Source: Parcubacteria group bacterium (GTDB lineage Bacteria > Patescibacteriota > Patescibacteriia > Buchananbacterales > UBA6539). Taken from it: 64,000 nucleotides of DNA. The stretch lies in contig NYZP01000001.1 in the NCBI GenBank assembly GCA_002687175.1, positions 839 to 64,838 of the forward strand, in the 5' to 3' direction. The notes beneath the pieces are model-generated. The model ran no database searches. It was not told the DNA's origin and was given only the letters and a program-made list of their open reading frames with translations. The translations under genes and the position numbers were made by a program. Of the stretch, positions 29,672-38,554 are shown one piece after another; the first letter of the stretch is position 1, and each line of letters starts with the position of its first letter.

Positions 29672-31090
29672 ATGTCTAAAAAAATTGTAACTCGTTTTGC
29701 TCCCAGTCCAACTGGTTTTTTACACGTCGGTAGTTTACGAACTGCCATGTATAATTTCCTTTTTGCTAAAGCCAACAAAGGAGATTTTTTATTACGGATT
29801 GAAGACACCGACCAAACCAGAAAAGTTAAAGGCGCTCAAGAAAGTTTACTAAAATCTCTAGAACAATTTAATCTAGACTGGGATAATAAAAAAATTATGG
29901 TCCAGTCAGAACGGCTGAAAGATTATCAAGCCGCAGCTGAGAAACTGGTCAAAGAAAAAAAAGCTTACAACTGTTTTTGTTCTAAAGAACGTTTAGATAA
30001 TTTACGGAAAGTCCGACAGCAAAAAGGTTTGCCACCAATGTACGATGGACATTGCACCAATTTACCAGACAAAGAAATTGACTTAACCAAAGACCACGTT
30101 ATTAGATTTAAAATGCCCAACTCTGGCCAAACTAAGTTTAATGATTTAATAAGAAATAAAGTTATTTTTGATAACAAACTTTTAGATGATCCAGTTATCT
30201 TAAAGTCAGATGGTTTTCCTACTTACCATTTAGCCTCGGTGGTTGATGATCATGAAATGAAAGTCAGCCATGTTATCAGAGGAGAGGAATGGCTGCCATC
30301 AACTCCTAAACATATTTTATTACACGAAGCCCTTGATTTTAAGGCACCAGAATTTGCCCATTTACCACTGCTGCTAAACGCAGACCGATCAAAGTTGTCT
30401 AAACGACAGGGTGATGTGGCAGTTGAAGACTTTTTAAAACAAGGTTACCTTGAAGAAGCTTTACTTAACTTTGTCTTACTGCTTGGCTGGAATCCAGGGA
30501 CTGATCAAGAAATTTTTAGTTTAGAAGAAATGATAAAAAGCTTTGATCTAAAAAAAGTTCACAAAGGTGGAGCGCTGTTTAATACCCAAAAGCTTGATTG
30601 GCTTAATGGAGAGTATATTAAACAAAAATCGTTACCAGAACTGACCAAACTCTGCCAACCATTTTTTGCAGCAGCTGGTATCAAAACTGACTTAAAACAA
30701 TTAGAAAAAGTGGTGGCCACTGAACAGCAAAGAATTAAAAAATTAAGTGATATTGTCGAGGGCAGTGAATTTTTCTTTAAGATGCCTAGCTACGATTCTA
30801 AACTACTTATTTGGAAAAAGGGGACTGTCAAAGATGCTACTGAGAATTTAAAGGTGTTATTAGAATTTTTAGATAACTTACCCGAAAACCAGTGGAATCA
30901 GCAAGATCTTGAAACGGCAATTAAAAAATTAATTGAAGAAAAAAAAATTGGAGTAGGGGATATGCTTTGGCCCATGCGGGTAGCCCTGACTGGCCGAAAA
31001 AATTCTCCCGGTCCATTTGAAGTGGCTGAAGCTTTAGGAAAAGAAGAAAGTTTAGCTAGAATTAAAAAAGCAATTGATTTATTAAGCTAA
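29672..31090 (+). CDS. gltX: glutamate--tRNA ligase
   Basis: RFAPSPTGFLHVG, RIEDTD, RGEEW, KLSKR. Confidence 0.97.
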   Translation: MSKKIVTRFAPSPTGFLHVGSLRTAMYNFLFAKANKGDFLLRIEDTDQTRKVKGAQESLLKSLEQFNLDWDNKKIMVQSERLKDYQAAAEKLVKEKKAYNCFCSKERLDNLRKVRQQKGLPPMYDGHCTNLPDKEIDLTKDHVIRFKMPNSGQTKFNDLIRNKVIFDNKLLDDPVILKSDGFPTYHLASVVDDHEMKVSHVIRGEEWLPSTPKHILLHEALDFKAPEFAHLPLLLNADRSKLSKRQGDVAVEDFLKQGYLEEALLNFVLLLGWNPGTDQEIFSLEEMIKSFDLKKVHKGGALFNTQKLDWLNGEYIKQKSLPELTKLCQPFFAAAGIKTDLKQLEKVVATEQQRIKKLSDIVEGSEFFFKMPSYDSKLLIWKKGTVKDATENLKVLLEFLDNLPENQWNQQDLETAIKKLIEEKKIGVGDMLWPMRVALTGRKNSPGPFEVAEALGKEESLARIKKAIDLLS

Positions 31091-31171
31091 ATTCGAATAG
31101 GGCATAACCAGGTTATGCGTGATTAATTTTTAAAAATAAACTTGGTATTTTAGCTAAAAATAGATGGGTTC

Positions 31172-31305
31172 GTATAACCACTGTTATACGGCTCCACTTC
31201 GTTCCGCATACACTCTGTTTTCGTTTATGTGATAGTCCCTCCTGACGTCGGGACAATTATATCACAACTCTCAAACAGAGCGTCGTATAGCAAGGTACGT
31301 TGTGA
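31172..31305 (+). mobile_element. integron attC-like recombination site
   Basis: R'' GTATAAC, L'' GTTATACG, long imperfect hairpin, L' CGTATAGC, R' GTTGTGA. Confidence 0.6.
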
Positions 31306-31343
31306 GTACATATAGCTTGCTATTTGAAATAAAAAAAGGCCGA

Positions 31344-31652
31344 CTAATTTAGCCGGCTACAACAAAGATCAAGGATAGTTCGTCGTTGCCAAGAACGCAT
31401 TCCTAAAAACTGATCACAAACTCTACAGAATTCTCCACCCCCCGTCGAAGAATCATGCCGGGGATGACTACAGGCATCTTGAAGTATGGCTAGTTTCTCG
31501 GTAAGGGGTCCCTTCTCCTCACGAAGTGACGTCTTCTTTTCCTTAGGTATTCCCTCCTCACTCAAGACAGCTTCAATTTGAGCTAGTCTAGTGGTGATGT
31601 TGGGAATTTCGTGTTCTACCTCTGCCATTGTTATTCTTTCTTCTTTAACCAT
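31344..31652 (-). CDS. hypothetical coiled-coil/Zn-motif protein (cassette-borne)
   Basis: AGGGAG SD, own TTGACA near 31724, CSH...CRVC. Confidence 0.6.
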   Translation of the reverse strand: MVKEERITMAEVEHEIPNITTRLAQIEAVLSEEGIPKEKKTSLREEKGPLTEKLAILQDACSHPRHDSSTGGGEFCRVCDQFLGMRSWQRRTILDLCCSRLN

Positions 31653-31858
31653 GGCAAAATACTCCCTAGCTGTTCACTTACATTTACATTGTTAAATACT
31701 AAACATTATTAATAAAATTGTCAACATTAAAAAAATGAAGGTCAAGTCATACGTCTCACAACACCAGTTATCTGGTTCGCTCTCCCTCTCGCTGACGCTC
31801 TAGGTCGACCCAAATCTCTACCTTAAAATATAGTTCTGACCGTGTTATAATACAATAG

Positions 31859-33274
31859 ATGTTAAAAACAAAAAATAAAAATGAGGATACCCTGAGATCC
31901 CGGATCAAGTCCGGGATGACATCCCAGGGTGACGAATGGAAAAGAGTATTAGTTAACTTACTAATAATTAGCTTTGTGATGGCTAATTTTTTTGTTGCTC
32001 CCTTGCAAGCTCAGGAAGGTTATGACATCACGGAAATTGAAGAAAATACCGAGTCGGAAAAGACTGCCGAAGAACTGGCCGAAGAACAAAGGTTAAAAGA
32101 TGAAGCTACCAAAAAAAAGAGAGAAGAAGAAATAAAATTGGCTGAATTAAACAAAAACATCAGTAATAAAAGAGATGCTATTAATACTTTACAAAAAGAG
32201 ATTGATGCCTACGCCGTACAAATAAAAGATAAGCAAGGTGAAGCTAGGGGACTGCGCAATCAAATTGCTATTTTGGATAACCAAATTGCCAAAGTAAATT
32301 TGGATATTGAATCAACTGAGCTTAAAATTGACCAAACCAATTTAGAAATCCAAACATTAAATATTGAAATTGAAAATGTTGAAGCCGAAGTAACCATCAA
32401 TAAAGTACGGCTAGCAGAATTTATTCGCTTGATTTATAAAAATGATCAAGTCAGTTATTTGGAAGTTATCTTAACTAATGAATCTTTTTCTGATTTTTTT
32501 GATCAAATAAAATACACCGAGGAAATTCACACCGACATTAAGTCAAGTTTAACCAAATTAAAAAATAGCAAACAAGACCTTGAAACTCAAAGAACTAACT
32601 GGGAAGAAAAAGCTCAGCTGGAAGAGGATTTAAAAAACGAACTCCAACAAAATATTGATGGTTTGGATGAAAAAAATACCGCCCAAGAAATTTTGCTGGT
32701 TCAGGCCAGACTAACTGAACGACAATATCAAAATTTTCAATACCAGCTACAGCTAGAACAACAACAAATTAATTCAGATATAATTAATTTGGAAAAAGAG
32801 GTTCGAGAAAAATTGGAAGCCAGGGAGTTTGCTGAACGATTTAGTGGTTTTGGTCCAGCTCGTTTGGCCTGGCCAGTTAACCCTAGCCGTGGTATTACTG
32901 CTTTTTTCCATGATCCTGATTATCCCTTCCGCTATATTTTTGAACATCCAGCCATAGATATTCGAGCTTATCAGGGTACCACCATTCAAGCACCGGAAAA
33001 TGGTTATGTCGCCAGAGTTAAATTTCGTGGTGACACCAGCTATGCTTACGTAATGTTGATTCATAATGACGGACTATCAACAGTGTTCGGGCATGTCTCA
33101 TCGGTGTTAGTTAATCAAGACGAATATGTTACTAAAGGCCAAACCGTAGCTTTAACTGGTGGTATGCCGGGAACCAACGGAGCTGGTAATTTAAGTACCG
33201 GACCACATCTTCATTTTGAAGTTAGATTCAACGGCATTCCAGTTAACCCGTTAGAATATTTACCACCATTTTAA
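31859..33274 (+). CDS. M23 murein endopeptidase / EnvC-like coiled-coil protein
   Basis: TM, long coiled coil, HPAIDI, STGPHLHFEVR. Confidence 0.92.
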   Translation: MLKTKNKNEDTLRSRIKSGMTSQGDEWKRVLVNLLIISFVMANFFVAPLQAQEGYDITEIEENTESEKTAEELAEEQRLKDEATKKKREEEIKLAELNKNISNKRDAINTLQKEIDAYAVQIKDKQGEARGLRNQIAILDNQIAKVNLDIESTELKIDQTNLEIQTLNIEIENVEAEVTINKVRLAEFIRLIYKNDQVSYLEVILTNESFSDFFDQIKYTEEIHTDIKSSLTKLKNSKQDLETQRTNWEEKAQLEEDLKNELQQNIDGLDEKNTAQEILLVQARLTERQYQNFQYQLQLEQQQINSDIINLEKEVREKLEAREFAERFSGFGPARLAWPVNPSRGITAFFHDPDYPFRYIFEHPAIDIRAYQGTTIQAPENGYVARVKFRGDTSYAYVMLIHNDGLSTVFGHVSSVLVNQDEYVTKGQTVALTGGMPGTNGAGNLSTGPHLHFEVRFNGIPVNPLEYLPPF

Positions 33275-33276
33275 TT

Positions 33277-33680
33277 ATGCCAACTATTCAAGAAAGGATT
33301 ACGGCACTGGTTATTTGGTTAATTGTAGTCTTGGCTACCTTTCTTTATGCTCGCTATTACTACCACTTAAAAACAGTTGGCGAAATTATATTGGCTCTTT
33401 CACCAGCAATAATATTCTTTACTGGCGGAATTTTAATTTTTAGTCGAGATCGAAAAAAAATCAAACGAGCTAAACAAAAAAATGAGCTCAAACGTACTGT
33501 TGAGCTGGAATGGGGTCAAGTCATAAAACACGATGCTTTAACTTACTTAACTCCAGTTATTATTTTGTCCATTCCTTTCTTTTTTGGTCAGCTACCCAAT
33601 ATTACAAGTGTCACTCAGGCCAGCGCCACCTTTCTGGCTTTATCATACTTAAAATTTATTTACTGGGGGGGGAATTGTAA
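33277..33680 (+). CDS. small multi-TM membrane protein; likely true stop at 33678-33680, masked by G8 frameshift
   Basis: Hydrophobic up to KFIYWG; G6 or G9 would give W-G-(G)-E-L-stop. Confidence 0.65.
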
Positions 33681-33694
33681 AAATTTAGTAATAA

Positions 33695-34113
33695 TAAAAA
33701 GGGTTGAAGGAGAGGGGGAGCTCCTTCAACCCTGTGAGGCGAACTCCACTCGTAAGCGGAGTCCAGAGGGAAAAACTATAAAGATCTATGTTAACACTCT
33801 AAATGAGTGTTGTTTAAGTTGGCCGGTGGGACTGTGGGGTGTATCCCACCGGCCAGGGGAGGGAAGGAGTTGGAGCCATGTATGGACATGCTCCAATCCT
33901 GGGGTCATACAACACACTGGCTTCCAAACCAGGGTGCAAAAAACAAATACGGCGCGGAGGGCCTCAGACCATTTACCATGTATACCAGCAAACGATTTGG
34001 GCCCTCCGCTGGAAGGAGATTACGCACAATGCGCGATAGCTACTAAGCGCCTACGCTAGAGGAGCTCAACGCCTATAAGGGGACGGAGCTCACTCAAACA
34101 TTGTACGATATCA
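33695..34113 (-). ncRNA. candidate ~420-nt structured ncRNA
   Basis: TTGACA-17-TAGCAT promoter, serial GC-rich hairpins, 13-bp terminator with U run, no SD-led ORF seen. Confidence 0.6.
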
Positions 34114-34214
34114 ACCATTATGCTAACAAATTTTTAAAAAAATGTCAACCCCTTAAAAACCTTGAATTAAAAGAAGAAATCAAGGATTTAAAAACTAAAA
34201 TTCAGCTAGAAGGT

Positions 34215-34247
34215 AAAAGGCTTCAGGAAAATTCCTGAAGCCTTTTT
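34215..34247. terminator. bidirectional terminator
   Basis: AAAAGGCTTCAGGAA-AA-TTCCTGAAGCCTTTT. Confidence 0.8.
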
Positions 34248-34249
34248 GG

Positions 34250-34411
34250 TTAGTAGGGGAGATTAGTACCAGCTTGATCAACAGCGATGTTGAGAATTGC
34301 GAGGATCTTAATGATCAACTCAATCAAACTAGCAGCAATCTCGGGGAGAAATAACTTCAGCACGACGATGATCATCGCTAGAGTTAATCCCGCAGATAAT
34401 GCATGAAACAT
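34250..34411 (-). CDS. 53-aa hydrophobic peptide behind a structured leader
   Basis: MFHALSAGLTLAMIIVVLKLFLPEIAA...; promoter TTGACA at 34595. Confidence 0.55.
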   Translation of the reverse strand: MFHALSAGLTLAMIIVVLKLFLPEIAASLIELIIKILAILNIAVDQAGTNLPY

Positions 34412-34611
34412 ATCGTGACATGTTATGAATAAACGGGGGACTATCATAGCCAGATGACCACTCTGGTTATCGTGAAGTTTTCTCCACATTTGTCCCACCA
34501 TAATTGGCCATAAAAATTTACCGCCAAGTAAAGTAGGACAAAGTGATTGTAAAGTACCAGCATTTAATTATGCTATATATTTTAAAACTTGTCAACCTTA
34601 TTTGCTAAACC

Positions 34612-34645
34612 AAAAACCAGCTCACTATCTCTGAGCTGGTTTTTT
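34612..34645. terminator. bidirectional terminator
   Basis: AAAAACCAGCTCA...TGAGCTGGTTTTT. Confidence 0.8.
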
Positions 34646-34655
34646 ATGACTTATT

Positions 34656-35036
34656 TTAGAGTATAAATCCAGCGTAAAGCAGAACAGCACCAAGGACAAT
34701 ATTACCAAAGGCGCTAATATTAAATATATTTTCAGTATTAAAATGCTTAACTAGATCATTAGAGAAGTCCGGTAGCAGTAAGTAGAGTACACCTTTTCCA
34801 ATTGCCAACCAACCAAAAATGGTAATGATAATTTCCCAGCCAGTCCAAATATTATGACTTAAAACTACCAACAACCCCAGAACTAAGCTCATCACCCCAC
34901 CAAATGTCATCATAAGTGGGTTTTTCTTTAAATCTTTTACTAAATCTTGATAATGCTTTTTGTTAACCAGTAATGACAGACCCATGATAACCATATAAAT
35001 GCCCATCAGTTTGGCTAAAAAAATTGAAACCTCCAT
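34656..35036 (-). CDS. 4-TM membrane protein (DUF2065-like)
   Basis: LAKLMG, GLLVVLSHNIW, GWLAIGKG. Confidence 0.75.
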   Translation of the reverse strand: MEVSIFLAKLMGIYMVIMGLSLLVNKKHYQDLVKDLKKNPLMMTFGGVMSLVLGLLVVLSHNIWTGWEIIITIFGWLAIGKGVLYLLLPDFSNDLVKHFNTENIFNISAFGNIVLGAVLLYAGFIL

Positions 35037-35126
35037 ATTTTTTTATTTTAAAAATTAATTGACTCTTATATTATAACATTTAAATGGAAAAATATAAACA
35101 ACTATTAAATCCTTATTGGCAAAATT

Positions 35127-35276
35127 TTATTTAGTGTCTAAAACAGTAGCATCAGATCCCGGAGTAGGGGAAGTAGTACTAGAATTTGTTAAATTATTAA
35201 CTTTACCGTTTATAATAATAAAAAACGTACTTATTAGAATAAAAAATATTATTATTACTAAACTTTTTTTTGTCAT
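35127..35276 (-). CDS. possible 49-aa membrane-anchored peptide or gene remnant
   Basis: Manual translation MTKKSLVIIIFFILISTFFIIING...SSTTSPTPGSD. Confidence 0.35.
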   Translation of the reverse strand: MTKKSLVIIIFFILISTFFIIINGKVNNLTNSSTTSPTPGSDATVLDTK

Positions 35277-35680
35277 GGTTAATTTAATCTTTATTTTTAA
35301 GAGAGAGGAGTAGTGAAAAGTTTTGTTTTAACTATATTTTTAAAATACATAGCGTCGCACAATAAAGATTAAGCGACACAAGAGGGATAAATAGTTATCC
35401 ACATTAATACATTTATAGTAATAATGGTTAAATAAGCTTTATAACCTGCGGTATACTTTAAATAACTATCATTTAATTGAATGTCCGTTATTGTCCAGAA
35501 AAAATAATTTAAAAAAATTTAATTTTGCCAAATTCATTTATAACTATTAATTACAAACTAAATTGTAACGTTATAAAAAATAATTTGTGACCATTAGTAC
35601 TCAAAACTTACTGCTAAACGCCACTCTCTCTTCCCTCTTGACACTTCCCTACCCTTAATATTTTACGACGCATAATATTT

Positions 35681-36541
35681 TTATTTATGTTCCCCACAAA
35701 GGTTATTAGCTTCTTCAATAATTTTAGTTTTATTTTTTAGACCTAAACTGTTAAGTCTTTTATCCTTACTCACTAACTGCGAGCACATAATAACTTGTTT
35801 TTTTAATAGCTGCTTCTTTTGATATTCATTTAAGCTAAGTAATGCCGTAACCGGATATAAACCTTGATGATGAACCATCCCCTGCAAACTCTTTTGGTTA
35901 TCAGGATACGACCAAGCAATAACTTTAATTCCAACACATTTACAATAATGAATAGCATTGGAAGTCATTTCCGTGTTAGTTACCAGCCAACTCTCTAATT
36001 TGGCATTTTTGGGTTTAGCGCCTTTTTTTACCTTTCGTTGCCATTGATCTTGAATATCTAAAAACCGACCATAAGTATACAGGGCATCCTTACTGCCAGT
36101 CTTGCGACCAGGACGAGAATGAAACTTAGCTTCGATAATAGCATGGATCCCCTCCTTCGGCTTTTCAGCTATTAAATCAACCTCATGAGAAATACATTTA
36201 CCTTGAACAATAACATTAGTTTTAACTTTATAATCTAAATGTCGTAACAACTCTGCAAAATACTTCTCGAAGGGAAAGCCATCTGGTCCCAAACGCATTA
36301 TCGCCTTTTTTAAATTATACCGAGCAGCAAATGACTGATTAGCCGACTTTAACATACCAAAAGCTAACTGATGAATTTTAGCAGTACTAACACCTTGATC
36401 TATATGGGACTTAATTTTTCCAATAATATCATCAATCAATTTGGTAGAGGCCCCCGAATCAATCATTGACTTTCTGAGTTTAGAAACGGAAAATGGTTCT
36501 TTATTACCCTCAGCTTTAGTTACTAATACTTTTTTAAACAT
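35681..36541 (-). CDS. ATP-cone plus PD-(D/E)xK (Mrr-like) nuclease domain protein
   Basis: VTKAEGNKEPFSVSKL, GPDGFPFE, HEVD...EAKFH; ATG 36541 preferred. Confidence 0.85.
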   Translation of the reverse strand: MFKKVLVTKAEGNKEPFSVSKLRKSMIDSGASTKLIDDIIGKIKSHIDQGVSTAKIHQLAFGMLKSANQSFAARYNLKKAIMRLGPDGFPFEKYFAELLRHLDYKVKTNVIVQGKCISHEVDLIAEKPKEGIHAIIEAKFHSRPGRKTGSKDALYTYGRFLDIQDQWQRKVKKGAKPKNAKLESWLVTNTEMTSNAIHYCKCVGIKVIAWSYPDNQKSLQGMVHHQGLYPVTALLSLNEYQKKQLLKKQVIMCSQLVSKDKRLNSLGLKNKTKIIEEANNLCGEHK

Positions 36542-36545
36542 AAAA

Positions 36546-37409
36546 TTATTTAAAGAATACCTTTTCACCAAAACGTAAATCAATATATTCTAACTCTGAA
36601 GGATTCTTAACTTTTTCTCGTAATATATTAAGTAGTAATGTAGTTTGTTCATTGGCTGATCTATCAAGACGAAAACGTGCCTCCCAACCAGTCTCAGTAA
36701 TTAAAATAATCTCTTGTGGATGATCATTAGTAATATAGTTAAGGATTTTAAAATTAGCACGATCTTTTATCTCGTTGGTCAGTTCTACGATAAACTCAAC
36801 TTGTTTTGCTGATAAAACGTTCTGTCCAATTACTACTTCTTTATTCAAATGATGATGAATAATAGGATACTTACCACTACTTGATTCTGGTCTAATTAAT
36901 GTTGTCTCCCCTTCACCAGGCTGAATAATTAAATCATTCTCGGTTGCTTCTTTAAGCACTACACCATCTAAACCGATAAAATACCGCTTATCACTACTGA
37001 CCCAGACTAGATTAGCTATTTTTTCAGCTATAACAATTTCCAAACTATCAGGATAATTCTTGTTTATGCTAACGTTATCAAATGAGAGTGAATCCTCTAG
37101 CAAATTTTTCAAAGTACTTTTTTTAAGGAAAAGTAAATTATTTTGGCTAAAAAATAAAAATCTTCTTTTAGCTGTTTGCATGTCAACAATTTGTAAAATA
37201 TCATGCTGACTGATACTACTATTCCCTTTAACAGTAATATTCTCCAGCTGAAGTAAGCTGCTGGAGTTTAACAAATAAGATCCAATAATTATTAAAATAA
37301 TTAAAAATAATCTACGATATTTAAATCTCTTGGTTTTTTCAACTTTTTCTTTTTTGGGAAAAAAGGGATTCCTAAAATTCTTTTTCTGATAGTCTCTTTT
37401 TTGTCTCAT
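36546..37409 (-). CDS. ftsQ: cell division protein FtsQ/DivIB
   Basis: TM plus POTRA, C-terminal YIDLRFG.KVF, downstream of ddl. Confidence 0.8.
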   Translation of the reverse strand: MRQKRDYQKKNFRNPFFPKKEKVEKTKRFKYRRLFLIILIIIGSYLLNSSSLLQLENITVKGNSSISQHDILQIVDMQTAKRRFLFFSQNNLLFLKKSTLKNLLEDSLSFDNVSINKNYPDSLEIVIAEKIANLVWVSSDKRYFIGLDGVVLKEATENDLIIQPGEGETTLIRPESSSGKYPIIHHHLNKEVVIGQNVLSAKQVEFIVELTNEIKDRANFKILNYITNDHPQEIILITETGWEARFRLDRSANEQTTLLLNILREKVKNPSELEYIDLRFGEKVFFK

Positions 37410-37411
37410 AA

Positions 37412-38503
37412 TTAACGATACCAAACCTCTTTTGGTTGATACTCAGTACTTAATTTATTTTTTTCGTCATAGCGTTCAATCGCCAAATCAATCAATTTTT
37501 CTAACAGCTTAGAATAAGCTAGTCCTGAGGCTTGCCACAACTTTGGATACATAGAAATTGAAGTAAAACCGGGAATGGTGTTAGCCTCATTTAAATAAAC
37601 CTTATGTCCTTTCTTAGTGACCAAAAAATCAATTCGTGCCATTCCGGACAAATTTAAAACTTTAAAGGCCTCTACGGCATAAACCTGAATCTGCTTTATC
37701 ACTTTATTTGGTAATTTAGCAGGTATCACCTCTTCGGAACTTCCATCAACATATTTAGCATCATAATCATAAAATTCATTTGACGAAATTATTTCACCAG
37801 GTACTGAAGTCTTGGGATTATCATTACCTAAAACGGCAATCTCAATTTCATGAGCATTATCAATCCCCTGCTCGACAATAACTTTAGTATCATACTTAAC
37901 CGCGTCATTAACTCCTAAAATTAGTTCTTTGTGATTGTGACATTTAGAAATTCCGACACTGGAACCTAGATTAGCCGGTTTAGCAAACATCGGAAATTTG
38001 AGCCCCCTGCCCTTGATCTGTTTTAATATCTTACTTTTATTATTTTTCCAATCTTTTGCTAAAAACCAATCGTACTTTACGCTGGGTATCTTAACTTGAT
38101 CACAGAGTTGCTTTTGAACCACTTTGTCCATGGCGACTGCTGATCCCAAAACTCCAGCCCCAACATAAGCAATATCTGCCATTTCCAACATTCCTTGAAC
38201 TGTACCATCCTCGCCATATGAACCATGCAGTACAGGAAAAACAACATCAAAACGTTTAAGTAAACTATCAGGAATTAATTCAGCACCTTTTTCTTTGATT
38301 TTTCCCGACTTCAAAGAGATAACTGGATTTGTGGTAATCCACTTACCATCTTTAGTAATGCCAATAGGAATTACTTGATACTTTTTTCTATCCAAAGCTT
38401 TCATTACTGATTGAGCAGAAACTATTGAAACTTCGTGCTCTCCTGATTTTCCACCAAAAATAACACCTACTTTAATCTTACTATTTTTACTTATTTTAGC
38501 CAT
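37412..38503 (-). CDS. ddl: D-alanine--D-alanine ligase
   Basis: GGKSGEHEVS, LHGSYGEDG, GSSVG, YDAKY, NEANTIPG. Confidence 0.97.
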   Translation of the reverse strand: MAKISKNSKIKVGVIFGGKSGEHEVSIVSAQSVMKALDRKKYQVIPIGITKDGKWITTNPVISLKSGKIKEKGAELIPDSLLKRFDVVFPVLHGSYGEDGTVQGMLEMADIAYVGAGVLGSAVAMDKVVQKQLCDQVKIPSVKYDWFLAKDWKNNKSKILKQIKGRGLKFPMFAKPANLGSSVGISKCHNHKELILGVNDAVKYDTKVIVEQGIDNAHEIEIAVLGNDNPKTSVPGEIISSNEFYDYDAKYVDGSSEEVIPAKLPNKVIKQIQVYAVEAFKVLNLSGMARIDFLVTKKGHKVYLNEANTIPGFTSISMYPKLWQASGLAYSKLLEKLIDLAIERYDEKNKLSTEYQPKEVWYR

Positions 38504-38554
38504 TTTTATGTAATTACTGTTGACAATTATTAAATAGTGTGGTTAACCTACGAT

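Noticed and set aside
33681-34059. C-terminal half of the 260-aa ORF and nested ORFs 33807 and 33839
   Set aside because: Read-through from the G8 frameshift across a hairpin-rich antisense unit; composition is not protein-like
35280-35680. oriC
   Set aside because: Only one perfect DnaA box, no dnaA/dnaN nearby, and genes converge rather than diverge
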